This document shows, in pieces, positions 9,566 through 22,330 of a DNA stretch of 64,000 bases (its first letter is position 1; every line of letters begins with the position of its first letter). Under the pieces are notes generated by a model, which was given only the letters and a program-made list of their open reading frames with translations, was not told the DNA's origin and did no database searches. Source of the stretch: Cirrosporium novae-zelandiae. Lineage: Eukaryota. Both the position numbers and the translations under genes were made by a program. The stretch is from assembly GCA_026023565.1 (NCBI GenBank), contig JAPETS010000001.1, positions 1,302,001 through 1,366,000 of the forward strand, read 5' to 3'.

Positions 9566-11334
9566 ATGTCTGTTGTCGTTCTCAATGGCCATCCGTATGC
9601 TTCTTCCCTCTTCATAGACCATTTGTTTTAATCTGATAGTGCTTTATCCAAACCAAATAGAAATGACTCCGCAGTTAGTGTTGATGCTGTGAATGCCCTT
9701 GCCGCTGATGCTGGAATCAAGATCCCAGAGAAAGATGTCGAGGATTTTCGGACACTAATAGCAGGATTGGACCATGCGGCCAAAGAAGTGTTGGGAATGG
9801 ATGGTAAAGCAGAAATATCACATCCTCATTCAAGAAATGGACAATTTGACGTATCATCTAACTCACCATAGACCCTGTTCCTCAAGTCGATCTCAACCTC
9901 TATCCCCGAACCGACATCCATACCCCCAAAGACACCGACATGGGCGGCTGGGCAACCAAAGCAATCGTCACCTGCACCGCTCCAAAAACAACCCAACTAC
10001 AGGATAAAACCTTGGCCCTGAAAGATAACATCGCTCTCGCCTCGGTCCGCTGCCTCAACGGTAACAACGCTGTCCCCTGGACCCCCACAATCGATGCAAC
10101 AGTAGTGACTCGAATCCTTGATGCCTCTGGTACTATTCTTGGGAAGGCCGCCTGTGAGAACAACTGTTTCGGTGCCGTTTCAGATACCGCAATCACGGGA
10201 CCAGTACACAACCCCCACGCGCCAGGCTATAGCGCGGGCGGCAGCTCCTCAGGTTCCGCCAGGCTGGTCGCAAACGGACAGGTGGATATGGCCCTTGGCT
10301 GCGACCAAGGCGGATCGATTCGTATTCCCGCATCCGTCTGCGGAATCGTGGGTCTCAAGCCAACCTGGGGCCTGGTCCCCTACACGGGCATAATCTCTCT
10401 CGAAAGTACTATCGACCATGTGGGTCCGATGACGAGAACTGTCTCTGATACCGCCATCCTCATGGACGTCATCGCCGGTGCCGACGGAATCGACGACCGT
10501 CAACACCCTACTATGATCCCCAACTCCTTAAATTTCCATTCGACCCTCTGCTCCTGCCTCTCGACTCCAAAACCACTCTCCGACATCACAATCGGTGTCC
10601 TAGAAGAAGGCTTTCTGGCCCCAACCCAACATCCTGCCGTCTCATCCCTCGTCCGCACCGCCATCCAAAAATTCGCCTCTCTCGGCGCCCGCATAAAACA
10701 AATCTCCATCCCGCAACACACCCAAGCATCCACAATCTGGATGTGTGCCTTGCCTCTGGGCGGCACGCGGCAAGGCCTGTTGAGTGATCTTACGGGTCGC
10801 AAAACCCTCTACCCCCTCGACCGCATCTCTGCCGTGCCCGGGCCAATGTTAACACAGGCCGCCTTCGACGCGCTGGGACCCGGCGGCCAAAACATCTACT
10901 TGCGGGGTCTCTGGCTAGAGAAATGCGGCTACGGCAAGAAACTCCACGCGCAGTGTACAAACTTGATCCGAAAGCTGACCACCACGTACCAAGACGTTCT
11001 ATACGACGAATGTGATGTCCTAGTGATGCCGACGCTCCCGTCTCTTCCCCCCAAATTGCTGGGAAAGTGGGACGAGGGCGGCGTGCTGGAGCGGCTGATG
11101 AGGACCGTGGGTGTTACATGGAATACGTGTCCGTTTAACTCGACCGGTCATCCGGCAATTAGTATTCCTGTGGGGTTTGCGAAGGTGGCAGACTCGGAGG
11201 CGGAGGGTGCGGAAGTCAAGCTACCTGTGGGGATGCAGGTGGTGGGCTCGCTATATGGGGATGCGTTGATAATGAGGGTTGCAGGGGCGTGGGAGAGTGG
11301 GAGGCCGGAGGAGTGGAAGAAAAATGTTGCATAG
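9566..11334 (+). CDS. Amidase signature family enzyme (3 exons)
   Basis: ATG at 9566 (MSVVVLNGHP) and two 5' introns. Catalytic K in LKDNI, plus GGSSSGS, GCDQGGSIRIPAS, GLKPTWG and NTCPFNSTGHPAISIP. Confidence 0.92.
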
Positions 11335-11675
11335 GGAGAGAGATGATTAATATAAAAGATGGGAGGACATAGATAAATATCCAACAGATTGGTAATGTTT
11401 TCAAATGTTGAATAACGCGAGGGCAGAAGAAGACCATCCAGCCAGGAGACCGATAAACCAATTGCATTGTGCCATGTATAAATCTCCACTGGCATCGTCC
11501 TAAGCATATCAGCAAATGCCGAAGGCTGTACTTCATATTTCACATCTCAAGCTAAGCAAATCTTATTGCTACCACCCCCTCAAATCCTGTCGCAGAAAGG
11601 AGAACAGCCATCGAACGCCCCCTGTCACTCCAGACAACCCATTCTTAACTCAGATATTCTAGTCTCTACCCACGT

Positions 11676-13672
11676 TCACCTCCCCATCTCCCGCCTCAGT
11701 CTCCCAGCCGCACTGCTTGGTGGGGCATCAGGCCAACTCACCACCGCGTCTTCCACCTCCTCAAAGAATGTCGTGCTATTATGCACGGTTGTTCCCCCTA
11801 GCACGACCCTCACACCGGGGGAGCTCGCATTGACCTGCGCGATCATCTTCGCCTCTTCGTAGGTCGTTCCGCCCACCATGAAGACTATAATATCCTGGGG
11901 TTTATCTCTTGTGCTGCCACCATTTTCAACGAAGGGGTATTGGGCCTCTCGGAGTCGGCCTTTAATAAGGTTCTGGAGTGTTACTTCTAGACGCGGTGAG
12001 TGCTGTGTATAGACGTTTTCAACGCCTTTGAGACCTTTGAATCTATCTCTAGCCCCCGAGAACAAAGAGGCGGACTCAAAAAGGTCCGTGAAACCAGAGG
12101 AAGCCGGAGATGATTGAAGAGAGTGGTGGTAGGCGAGGAGTTTGGGGATAATGTTAATCGTGGAAGGAGAAATGTCGCCGACAGTGGTGAGAAGATCGAG
12201 AAGGATGGGGAGTGCATTTTGGGGGTTCTTTTCATAGCGAATGGCATAGAGGGTGACGAGACGGAGTTTGTTTCGAGGAGGTATGTTGGGAAGTTGAATG
12301 AGGCGTTGAAGGTTCTGGTAGGGATAGACTTTAGTGGGTTTGAAACGAATAGTTCTACTATGGAGGAACATACCTTGAGATCTTGAGAGTGGTTATCATT
12401 ACAAGCTAGACTTTGTTCTAGTTCGCTGACATCTAAGAGAGTGTCTCCTCCAACTCTTCGACTTAGTTCACCAACTAGCGTCACATGCTTGCTTACATTG
12501 CCCGACAACTTGCGGAATTCAGGGTAGTCTTCCACAAAACGTTTCATATCAGATATAGACTCGATCTTTTCATTACTCTTTGTCTTGTTCTGATATTGTT
12601 GGACGTATTCCCTTATATTTCCTCCCAGGTCTCCAAAATTCAAATACATATTCTTTTTGAAGAATGGATCTTGATCCTGGGAGAGTGTGATCTCCTTCAG
12701 CTCTGGTCTTATATCTGGAACTTCACTGAGGTCCACCCGTCCATTGTTGATACCCAAAAGCTCATGAACCATGGCCTGATAAGTCCATTGCGTAAGGAGA
12801 GGGGTAATTGGGTCGTCCCTTCGATCCAGAATCAAGAGAATAGGAGGCGTATCGGCTCGTCTGAAGTTGAACAATTGCTCTTCCTGTGTAATGTGATATC
12901 GAACCTCGGTTGCGAGCTTCTTCGCTAATAAACTGTTCTTCTCGTATCGTATCAATGGCCTCTTCTTCAAAGAGAGCAGGGCAGCAATGATTCCTTCCGT
13001 TGTCCGTTGTAAAGCATCCGTATTCCATAAATCCGGACTAGAACTCCACAGCCTCTGTTTAGGAAATCCAAGGTTTAGCGAGAACAGATCTGGGTTTATA
13101 ACGATGTAATCGGCAAAATACTCTTGAACCGCCTTCACGACTTCGTGGTCGTCTGCTTCAGCGAGTCGCTCGAGTGAGGATTTCTTGACTATGTTGCTGA
13201 AATCTGCATGTAAACCATCAACACCCTTCAAAGCGCATAGTTGGTAATGCTCATACAAATGTTGTATTCCCCATACTTGGGCTCGCGCAATTCATCGATT
13301 AGGAACTGTGTTGAGTCAGGAGACGGCCGAACAAAACACAAGCAACGAAGATGTCGCATCTTCTCCCGGTTTTGGTTGTCTAATCGACTAGAGAAGCTGG
13401 TCAGGGATGTTTGTATGGTGGAGGAATCAGACAGCAACGTACTCGATCAGATAGACTTCATGATTTAGGAGGGCAGACTGAGTGGTTGCAGTTGAAACAA
13501 CGCTAACCTATGCTCGATTAGCAACAGAGTCCAGCTCCCGAAATTTGTATTATCCCACAGTCTCACTGTCAAGGAGCAGTATCTTCATCTTGGCCGACGA
13601 GCTGCCAGAGGCGCTGTCGCCTACGGACACCATTTTGGAGACATAGCCTGCAACTGCTGAGGCTACGTCCAT
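11676..13672 (-). CDS. VPS45: Sec1/Munc18 family vacuolar sorting protein Vps45 (multi-exon)
   Basis: MDVASAVAGYVSKMV...KMKILLLDSET, REKMRHLRCLCFVRP, LLILDRRDDPITPLLTQWTYQAMVHEL, NVYTQHSP and FMVGGTTYEEA. Canonical introns join the ORF pieces. Confidence 0.95.
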
Positions 13673-14210
13673 CTTGTCAGATCCTCATATGATTGCTAGA
13701 TGAAAGAAAGTGAAGCAAATGAGTTGGCAAGAGTTATAAGGAAGGTTGCGGTGCTTCATTAAGATTAAGTATTCCAGGAAGCTCCCAGGCCACAAACGAG
13801 AGAGCCGCCAAGCGCTTGGACGACGTAAGAGTATTCCTTCACGTGCCGCCGCTGTCATCAACTTCTCACCCAGTATTTAGGAAAAAAAATATTTTTAATC
13901 AAACTTGATTATTCTATTCATCTACTGAATAACCTTCTAAGCAACATATGTGTGAATGTCCATGTTAGTGTTGTTATGTTAATTAAATTGCAGTATATAA
14001 TTACAACCCTTGACCGACTCGGATGTCTTGCTGTGAATAACACAAATTTAGTGTTATTTATTTCTAGCACAACTCTCTTCACATGCTTTTGTTCGGATTT
14101 CATACCCGGAAACACTCCACTCATATATCTTTTGTATTATAAGAGATGATAGAACGTATTTGAATTCTCATTTCATCATTCTTTATCCATCTTTGAAACT
14201 TGTGAACAAA

Positions 14211-15836
14211 ATGGCGTCATTGTTTGGCCATGCTAGAATATCCTTCTATCACGCCCCCAAAACTGTTTCTCTCCAGACCAAATCTGGTGCAAAAACAGAT
14301 CTTAAAGAACTTTGCAAGGACATCGCCCCACCATGCAGGCTGAATCCTCTACTTCCCAACGGCCATTTCCAAACCGCAATGACTGTGATCAAGAACCAGG
14401 ACATCCCCATCTATTACAAGCGTAAGATATTCGAAGCAGAGAACTCAGCATATGCAGGAACCTTTGCAGTCGATTTCGTTGTAGACCCTAATGACGAGGT
14501 TGATCAAACCTTGCCATCAAGGACTACGTATTTTGAATCCAGCGCTTCCGAAGAGATAGGATCGTTAGATTCAAAGCCAATGCTTATCCTTTTGCACGGA
14601 CTTAGCGGTGGATCCCATGAGCTCTATCTACGACATGTTATCGCCCCCCTAGTGACAAAAGAAGGGGGATGGGAAGCATGTGTGGTTAATTCGAGGGGAT
14701 GCGCCATGTCCAAAATTACGACCGGAGTCTTATACAACGCTAGGTCTACGTGGGATGTGCGGCAGACAGTGAAATGGCTCAAGAAGAAATTTCCAAACCG
14801 TAAGAGTGAGTGTGAAGATTATTTTTTACAGATCTAACAAGAGCTCTAGGGCCCCTTTTTGGGATTGGCTTTTCTCTGGGTGCAAATATCTTAGCAAATG
14901 TATGTCCAAAACCCTCACTCTCTATACCATTGCAATATTTTCTGATAGAAGATCCCCTTCACAGTACCTTGGCGAAGAGGGCTCTGAATGCCTTCTAAAA
15001 GCTGCTGTAGTTTGCTCGAATCCATGGAATCTGGAAGTAAGTGCTCTCGCTCTCCAACAATCATGGCTTGGCCTTTCAGTGTATTCCAAGGTGATGGCCG
15101 GTAATATGAAGAGACTTTTTCAACAGTACGTTACATCGAGGCGACACTATTTCTTAGAACCAAGCTGATGATAGGACAAGACATGTCGACCAAATATCGA
15201 AGAATCCTAGAATTGATGTTGATCGCGTGATGAGTGTTAAATATTTGCACGAATTTGACAGGTAAAATATATCCAATCTATTGTCTGCTAGTGGTCTCAC
15301 ATTTTTGTAGAGCGCTTCAAGGACCAACTTGGGGATATCCAACTGAAGGGGCTTATTATCGTGATTCCTCATCTGTGGACCCATTGCTTGCAATAAGGAT
15401 CCCACTTCTGTCCATCAATGCGGAAGATGATCCGGTAAGAAGATTTGATATTCAAATGGTTTCATTACAAGTGTTAACACACCGTGCCTAGATTGCGGTA
15501 AAAGAAGCCATTCCCTTTGAAGAGTTTAGACAGAATCCATATACGATATTATGCACGACATCATTGGGAGGCCACCTTAGTTGGTTTGAACTAGGTGGCG
15601 GAAGGTGGTTTGTGAAGCCAGTGAGTCGTTTAGATGATGTTGGTGTATAACCCGAAGCTAACCAGGAACGACAGACCGTAAATTTTCTTCAGAAAATGGC
15701 GAGAGATGTTGTGGATGTCGCGAAGGAGTTTGAGTCAACCACAAGCCTGTCAAACCATCCAACTCCAGGGAATAGAGAATTTGACCCCATGCGACGCAAG
15801 TTGTACCAATTAGAATCGATACATTTAGATAATTAG
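14211..15836 (+). CDS. Alpha/beta hydrolase, EHT1/EEB1/YheT family (acyl-CoA:ethanol acyltransferase/esterase-like)
   Basis: NPLLPNGHFQT, LHGLSGGSHELY, NSRGC, nucleophile elbow GFSLG, YLGEEG, INAEDDP and GGHLSWFE. About 6 introns. Stop TAG at 15834-15836. Confidence 0.9.
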
Positions 15837-15894
15837 ACATAGATTCATGAAACGAACGTTATCCTCTCAGTTCAAGCGATTCCGTACTCTTTCA

Positions 15895-16552
15895 TTAGGC
15901 AAAAGAAACTCGTTTCCGTTTAGATTTTCCTGAACTAGGAGCTGATTCTATCTCATCCTCGACTTCAGGCTGCTGATGGTTCTTATGCTTTCGCTTCCGT
16001 CTCATCGAGTCCATGGTATCCTCCTGGAATCCTGTTAGAATCAAACGGTTCCGTTAGGAGGAGCATTTGTAACTTACTAGTTTTGATCTCTTTTCTACTT
16101 TCCTAGCTTCCGCCTCTTTCCGTTTTGCCTCTCGGATCTCCTCCATCTGCCTAGCTTTCATCATCTTGGACTCAATTTGGCCTTCTTTTTCCGTATTTAC
16201 CATGGCGAGGATTGTCATCATACTCTCCTAAAGCAAGTATTAGTCATGGGACTGTAAACCCAAATTCTCAGAATATTCGTACCTGGTCATCTACGAAAAT
16301 CTTGCCCTTCTTCTTCCCTTTCGGTTTCTGCACCCCAACTGGCGTGATCATATTCAATGTTGGTAATCCTAACTCCTCATCGGTATAGACGCGCTGTTTC
16401 TTCCTCGCTGATCCTTTGGTAGACTTTGTCTTCTGTTGGATCGCGGGGGTAGGTTTCCCTTTTGATTTTGACAGGCGATTTCGTGAATGGGTGTCAGAGC
16501 TAGAAGGCTTTTTAGAAACCCCTTTTGGAGGTCCACTTTTTACGGGGGCCAT
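15895..16552 (-). CDS. LOC1: 60S ribosomal subunit assembly/export protein Loc1 (3 exons)
   Basis: [31 protein letters not shown] / [36 protein letters not shown], with C-terminal KRKRVSFA*. Confidence 0.9.
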
Positions 16553-18557
16553 GGTTGATGCTGTTATTGATAAATTTATTTGTTTAAGTTGTACCTGAAG
16601 CTATTGAAGTTATTTGGAGTTTTCGCAGTGCGAGCTCTGGGCGGTGACTGCAAGTGCCGGCAGAACTTTACCGCCTACACAAGTTTGCTGTAGATTTGAG
16701 AATAATAACAATAACTACCAAAGTACAGGTATCAACGTGCTTTTTACCTCCTACAACATGCCTTAGACATCAACACTAAGGGATCTAAGACCTAATAAAC
16801 AGTACGAAGGGAAACACCAGGGTTCCAAAGAACACTTGAGAGAAAGCTCTAATTGCTACAGCCCATCCGAGACAAAGTAACAGAGAACAGCTCTGGTTGT
16901 TTGGCCAGCCGAAGAATGTATGGTCAGTAGTAGCATATACTTGTCCTGTCCCAGAATCAGTTATAAATTGACAAGGGCGTCTTCTTTCAAAGTACTTGCT
17001 CTGAATGTGAAGACTGGCTTCCTCTTTTCATGGTAAAGGAAGACACAGCTACTACATGGATTATCACCGCGAAAAGGCTCCAAAGGGCAGGCATGCAGTT
17101 AGAATTGCATTTCCAGCTAACTATTGTGGAATCTCCCATTCTGATAGAGTTAGTGAGGATATTCACTACCTCGGCGAGCGCAAGGACATACTACACTGTG
17201 GTTCCGACCACATTCACCCATGGAAAGTATGCAAGTATTCTGCCAGGTTTCTTTGTATCGAACTCAGCGGATCTTCATACCGCATAGGCTGGAGCCCGAA
17301 ATTATAGCATGAAAGCTAACCGTGGGTGGCGGGATGAGAGTATCGAGATTTTTCCTATGCTAGGACCTACCTCAGTCAGGATTGCGGGTGTCAGGCCTGT
17401 AGCCCTGTTTACGCCCGCTTTGTTGACTTTAGCAATGTTATTGATCATCCAATTGACGAGCTGAGCGTACTTGTATAGAATCCGTACCATTCGAGGGGAT
17501 AACTGAGTTTAAGAGTAGCAACTAGAACGAGGGCTACGAACATTGTGATTAATAGTGATGTCTTTGAACAATGCATACTGGCACACGGTCCTATTAACAT
17601 CATTTACTCACATTACTTGATTTTTTCTGCTTCAAATAGCCATAGCTAACGGAAACCAAGACAGTCCAGAGGGAGAAGGTGGTTGAAGATTATCAGAACA
17701 CTAGTTGAAAAGCAGACCAATTTATTGTATGATGGTGTTGCTTTGATGGCTACCCAGAGGTAAGTAGAAAATTCCTTGGATCAGTTATCATCAGTACCCT
17801 GTTTCATTGTCAAATAGTCGGATAACTCAAAGAATCAAGGTTATTATTCACGATCGACGAAAACGTATCAGAGACGATTACACCCTAGAGTGTTACAACG
17901 AGGCAGCCTTGCATGTAGTGTTCCTCGAGATAGACAACCAGAAAGGCCCCCAACGACAACAATAGATGCACTGATGCAAAAAAGAGACCTCACATACTCG
18001 GCCGACTCTCGGTCGAATGTCGGTAAAGATACCTTGCGATCGGTCCGACAAAGTGCATATCCCGATATTTTATATACCAGACTCCGACATCACCTTACTC
18101 GTAAGGTCTGAGGATGGTGGATCTCTGATGGAAATGACAAAGCTTGGTCTCCGCAAGAGAACATAAACATTCCTAGCCAGTTGATATATGACGAATAGAA
18201 ATCGGAGGCCAGTGTAATCAGCTCCACTACCCCGCACAACACCTACATCACATCCCGTTGTCTGGACCCATCTACCCAAATTCAGTATGGAACAACGGAA
18301 GGTGTGCCGATTTCTTCATCTCTTCCTTGAATATCAAGATATTTCTTGGTCACGGTGAAGGTATTTTGCAGGAGATCGCCGAGAAGAAATCCCTCATCAT
18401 AAAGCCTAAACTGGCTCCAAAGGCATGTATATAAAGGGGGGAAAGGACCTATCTATTCTTCACTTGGAAACCAGAAGCACTTTAGTCTCATTCCTCAAGC
18501 CATTGATCTATTACCCTCTTGAATACCAACTTCCTCCTAAACCCCCCAATAACCACC

Positions 18558-19619
18558 ATGCTCGGAAAAATTGCCCTCGAAGAAGCATACGACCTCCCAG
18601 GCCAGGAGGACAAGGACCGCAGAGAAGCGGCCCTGTGGATTGCGCCTCACGACCTTGACAGGTACCTAAGACAGATCAAAGACATCACCAGCGAGCGTAT
18701 CAAGCTGTCCGATGCCCACGGCATCGGATACACGATCGTCTCCCAGACCGTCCCCGGCATCCAGGGTATCGCCGACCGCGCCCAGGCAGAACAGACCGCC
18801 ACCAAAGTAAACAATTATATCGCCAACGAGATTAAAGGCCACCGTGACCGCCTCGGCGCCTTCGCCGCCCTATCCATGCACGACCCAGCGCAAGCAGCAT
18901 CGGAGTTGCGCCGCTGTGTCAAGGAATTTGGATTTCACGGTGCCCTCGTCAATGACTACCAACATGCTGGCCCAGGTGGTGAGACCTACCTCTTCTATGA
19001 CCAACCCGCCTACGACGTCTTCTGGAAAGCTGTTACCGATCTCGATGTCCCCGTGTATATTCATCCCGCCGCCCCACAAGGTACCCTCTACAATCAATTA
19101 TATGCCCAACGCAAATATCTCATTGGCCCACCCCTCAGTTTCGCCAATAGCGTATCCCTACATCTTCTCGGCCTTATGATAAACGGAGTCTTCGACCGTC
19201 ACCCGAATCTGAAAATCATCGTCGGCCATTTAGGCGAACACATCCCCTTCGACTTTTGGCGTATCAACCATTGGTTCGAGGATATCAAGAAGCCACTCGC
19301 CGCCAACGTCGGTGACGTCTTCTGCCAGGAGACCATCTATGATTACTTCAAGAAGAACATCTGGGTTACCACCAGCGGGCTCTTTTCCACCGCGACACTC
19401 AAATACGTGGTCGATCATATCGGGTCTGAGCGCGTGCTGTTCAGCGTTGATTACCCCTACGAGACCATCGAGGACGGCTGCGGATGGTGGGATGGTGATG
19501 AAGAGAACATCAAGAAGGCCGTAGGCGGGACGGATAACTATCGATCCGTTGGAAGGGAGAATGCGAAGAAGTTGTTGAAGATTGGTTCGTACCATGATTC
19601 GGAAGCACCCGTAAATTAA
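18558..19619 (+). CDS. Amidohydrolase_2 family non-oxidative aromatic acid decarboxylase (salicylate / 2,3-dihydroxybenzoate decarboxylase type)
   Basis: MLGKIALEEA, GAFAALSMHDP, GFHGALVND, VYIHP, LIGPPLSFA, GVFDRHPNLKIIVGHLGEHIPFDFWRINHW, TTSG and FSVDYPYE. Intronless. TATA-like TATATAAA at about 18428. Confidence 0.9.
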   Translation: MLGKIALEEAYDLPGQEDKDRREAALWIAPHDLDRYLRQIKDITSERIKLSDAHGIGYTIVSQTVPGIQGIADRAQAEQTATKVNNYIANEIKGHRDRLGAFAALSMHDPAQAASELRRCVKEFGFHGALVNDYQHAGPGGETYLFYDQPAYDVFWKAVTDLDVPVYIHPAAPQGTLYNQLYAQRKYLIGPPLSFANSVSLHLLGLMINGVFDRHPNLKIIVGHLGEHIPFDFWRINHWFEDIKKPLAANVGDVFCQETIYDYFKKNIWVTTSGLFSTATLKYVVDHIGSERVLFSVDYPYETIEDGCGWWDGDEENIKKAVGGTDNYRSVGRENAKKLLKIGSYHDSEAPVN

Positions 19620-20355
19620 ACAAATTGGTGACGCATGTGAGATTCGGCATGGCGGATGTTGGAACAAACCCCCCCAACTTCCATAGATCTTCGACATAAA
19701 TAAAAAGTAAAACCAATGAATTTATTTGATTTTTGTAAATGTGATGCATAACTACAACTCCACTTGCGCTATCTACTCTATCTAATAATACCTAGAATAA
19801 GCATCCGCTAACCAGCTCCCTACCCCGACGCAGTATCTAGATCTAACTATATCATAATCAAACAGCCCACCTCCGCTCCATATCGCACTATAGCTAACTA
19901 CCCTACTACCGTATGCACTGTTGAATTATCAAAAGTTGGCTGGGCCACCGAGTAACCTAGTATTGCATATTATATTGAGCATAGAACAGTAAGTCCAAAA
20001 ATATCATCGCAGGAGTCTCTTCGCTGAGTTACCTTTACACATCCTGGGGTCGATCCGAGCTTGGCTGTACTGAAACTTACTTCACTGCGCTAGCGTATCG
20101 CACGTGTGTAATATCACATAGCACGATACATAGATATTCCACAGAGTATCATATCGTCTCAAGATTCAAATAAATTGGAAATTGAGTTGAGCACAGCTTG
20201 AATAACTAGCACTATGAGTCGCAGTATGATCCCCCTAGGATCACTCACAGAAAACTCCCCCATTCACAATTTCTAACTGCGGAAAACTTCATGAAGGCAG
20301 TGCATATACATGCAGAAGAGCGATGAACAGATAAGTGGACCGCCGTTCCACTATA

Positions 20356-22330
20356 TCAGAACAAAAATATATCAATCTTTCCTTGCTTCTTTCTCCCAAT
20401 CTCATAACTTAAGACCGAATGATCATAATAGGTCAATAGCAATCGATATCTTCTCTCCCCCTCAATCTTCCTCCACGCCTCCTCGCCATCTAATACTCCA
20501 TCCTCATTCCTTCCAACCCCCCTTCCCTGAATTGGACCCACCGCCAATCCTAACAAGGCTACTTCCGGTCTCTTTTTGGCTTTCTCTTGACTGTCAAACG
20601 GAAGTATATGTTCCACCTTAAATGCCAGCTGTCCCTGTGGCGTAGCCGTGAGCGAGAGAAGGGCAACCCGGCCTAACTGGGTAGCTATGGCCACAAGTCC
20701 AAGTTCGGGAATGTAGGCAGACATGTTGAGACGGTCCATTTGCGTGATGTTCTGTAAATTGGAAGGAAGGTCTTGTTTGACAAGTCTACGGAAAACGATG
20801 TGGGGACGGTGGTTCTGGTCCATAAGAATGAGGTCGAACTTTAGACTGCAGAAGATGGGTGGATTGCTTATGGGCATGTCGACCGGATGGAAAGATGTGG
20901 ACGGGCCTTGATGATTTTGGAAATCTAAAGATGTCAGCGAAAAAAATACAACATCGATAATCTCCATAAATCAATCTAAGCAAAGATTAAACCCCAAAGT
21001 AGGTCAGAAATAATAAGTGGCGGGTTTAGGAGACCATAAAGCAGCATTGGCGGAGGCTCAATCTGCAGGAAACAATATTTATACCTAGGATATTAGAGAG
21101 AGCTCTGGTCAAAGCCGATGCAATCCTGATATGAAGTGACTAGGTGGGAAAATTACAAGAAATATTGCTCTAAACTTACCCCATCTACTAAAATCGAAAT
21201 CATCCTCTTCCTTTTGCTCTAACACAATACCCGGCGAGTCCGGAAAATCCGGCGAATCCGGCATATCAATCATAAAGCTCAATGGATTTATAAACTCAGA
21301 TGCAGACGTAAGTGAATTAGAGGCAATTTCGGTTATATCATATCCCGCAAACCGTGAACTTGAATTCGGGATCTGAAATCGTCGCCCAGAAACATCCAGA
21401 AGAGTATCTGTCACTTTCTTCACTTGCGTTGCCTCGAGTCCAACTGCTTTTGAAAAATTTTTCACTTTCCGAAAAGAAAGAATGTCAGGACAGATGACAG
21501 TCCAGCCCGGATTATCGTCATTACTATAGTAGCAATGTACCACGTTGATTGTACTTGGGGTGGTTTGACTCCAGATATTCCATAGGAATAAATTGGAATC
21601 AATGTCAAGGCTGGCCAGGAAGGTACCTTTTGGATCATGATATAAGCTGTTACAAAATGATATGCTTGGAATGTTCGTTTTGTGCCCCCTCAAGATCATG
21701 CGGAGTGGCTTCGATCTCTCCATGAAAAGGCCTCTAACTCCAGGGGTGCTAGAATCTAGAGTCATGAAGCCATAAAAATCTTCATGCTCAGATCGGTGAC
21801 TCCATTCGAAAGAGCCGTTCTTACCTAAAGCAAAGGCGAATACTGAAATAGTGGAGTCGTTGCAGCTAATAGCAATCATTCGAGCTTCTGTATGAACGCT
21901 TATCCCCCATGCACTACTGTTCACGCAAACACTAAAAAATGGTTTCCCGAGATACTTTGTATCCAGCATTTGCAATTGCTCTTCGGATCTATTATTTTCC
22001 TCGACGGCGAGCTGGATTGGCCTCGTGTAGTAAGCCGCTGCATTTCCATCATCTCGAACACAAACAAGAATCTCTTCATTTCCTAGATTGGCGACAGCTA
22101 TTTGATTGATTAGATGAGGCATATCCGGATTAATGTAACCAATACCATCGTTCTTAGCAAGGGTAGGTTGGATGATGAGTTTCGGGTCGTCTGGAAGGAT
22201 TTGAAACGGAAAAGAAGGCTTATAGACATATATATCTTCGCTATAGGCAATGAAATAGAGATTATAATGCTGAGAAAGAGCCGTCAAATTATTTCGCCAA
22301 AGCGCGATAGGTGGTACACCATCCTCGGCT
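20356..22330 (-). CDS. CRT10-family protein (5' end unresolved, probably further upstream)
   Basis: PPIALWRNNLTALSQHYNLYFIAY, PHLINQIAVANLGNEEIL, SAWGISVHTEARMIAIS, GHKTNIPSISF, DRLNMSAYIPELGLVAIATQLGRVALL and RRYRLLLTYYDHSVLSYEI. Confidence 0.75.

Noticed and set aside
16750..17500. Short overlapping ORFs and intron-like signals upstream of LOC1
   Set aside because: No recognisable motif or consistent frame. It may be a relic but I cannot support that.
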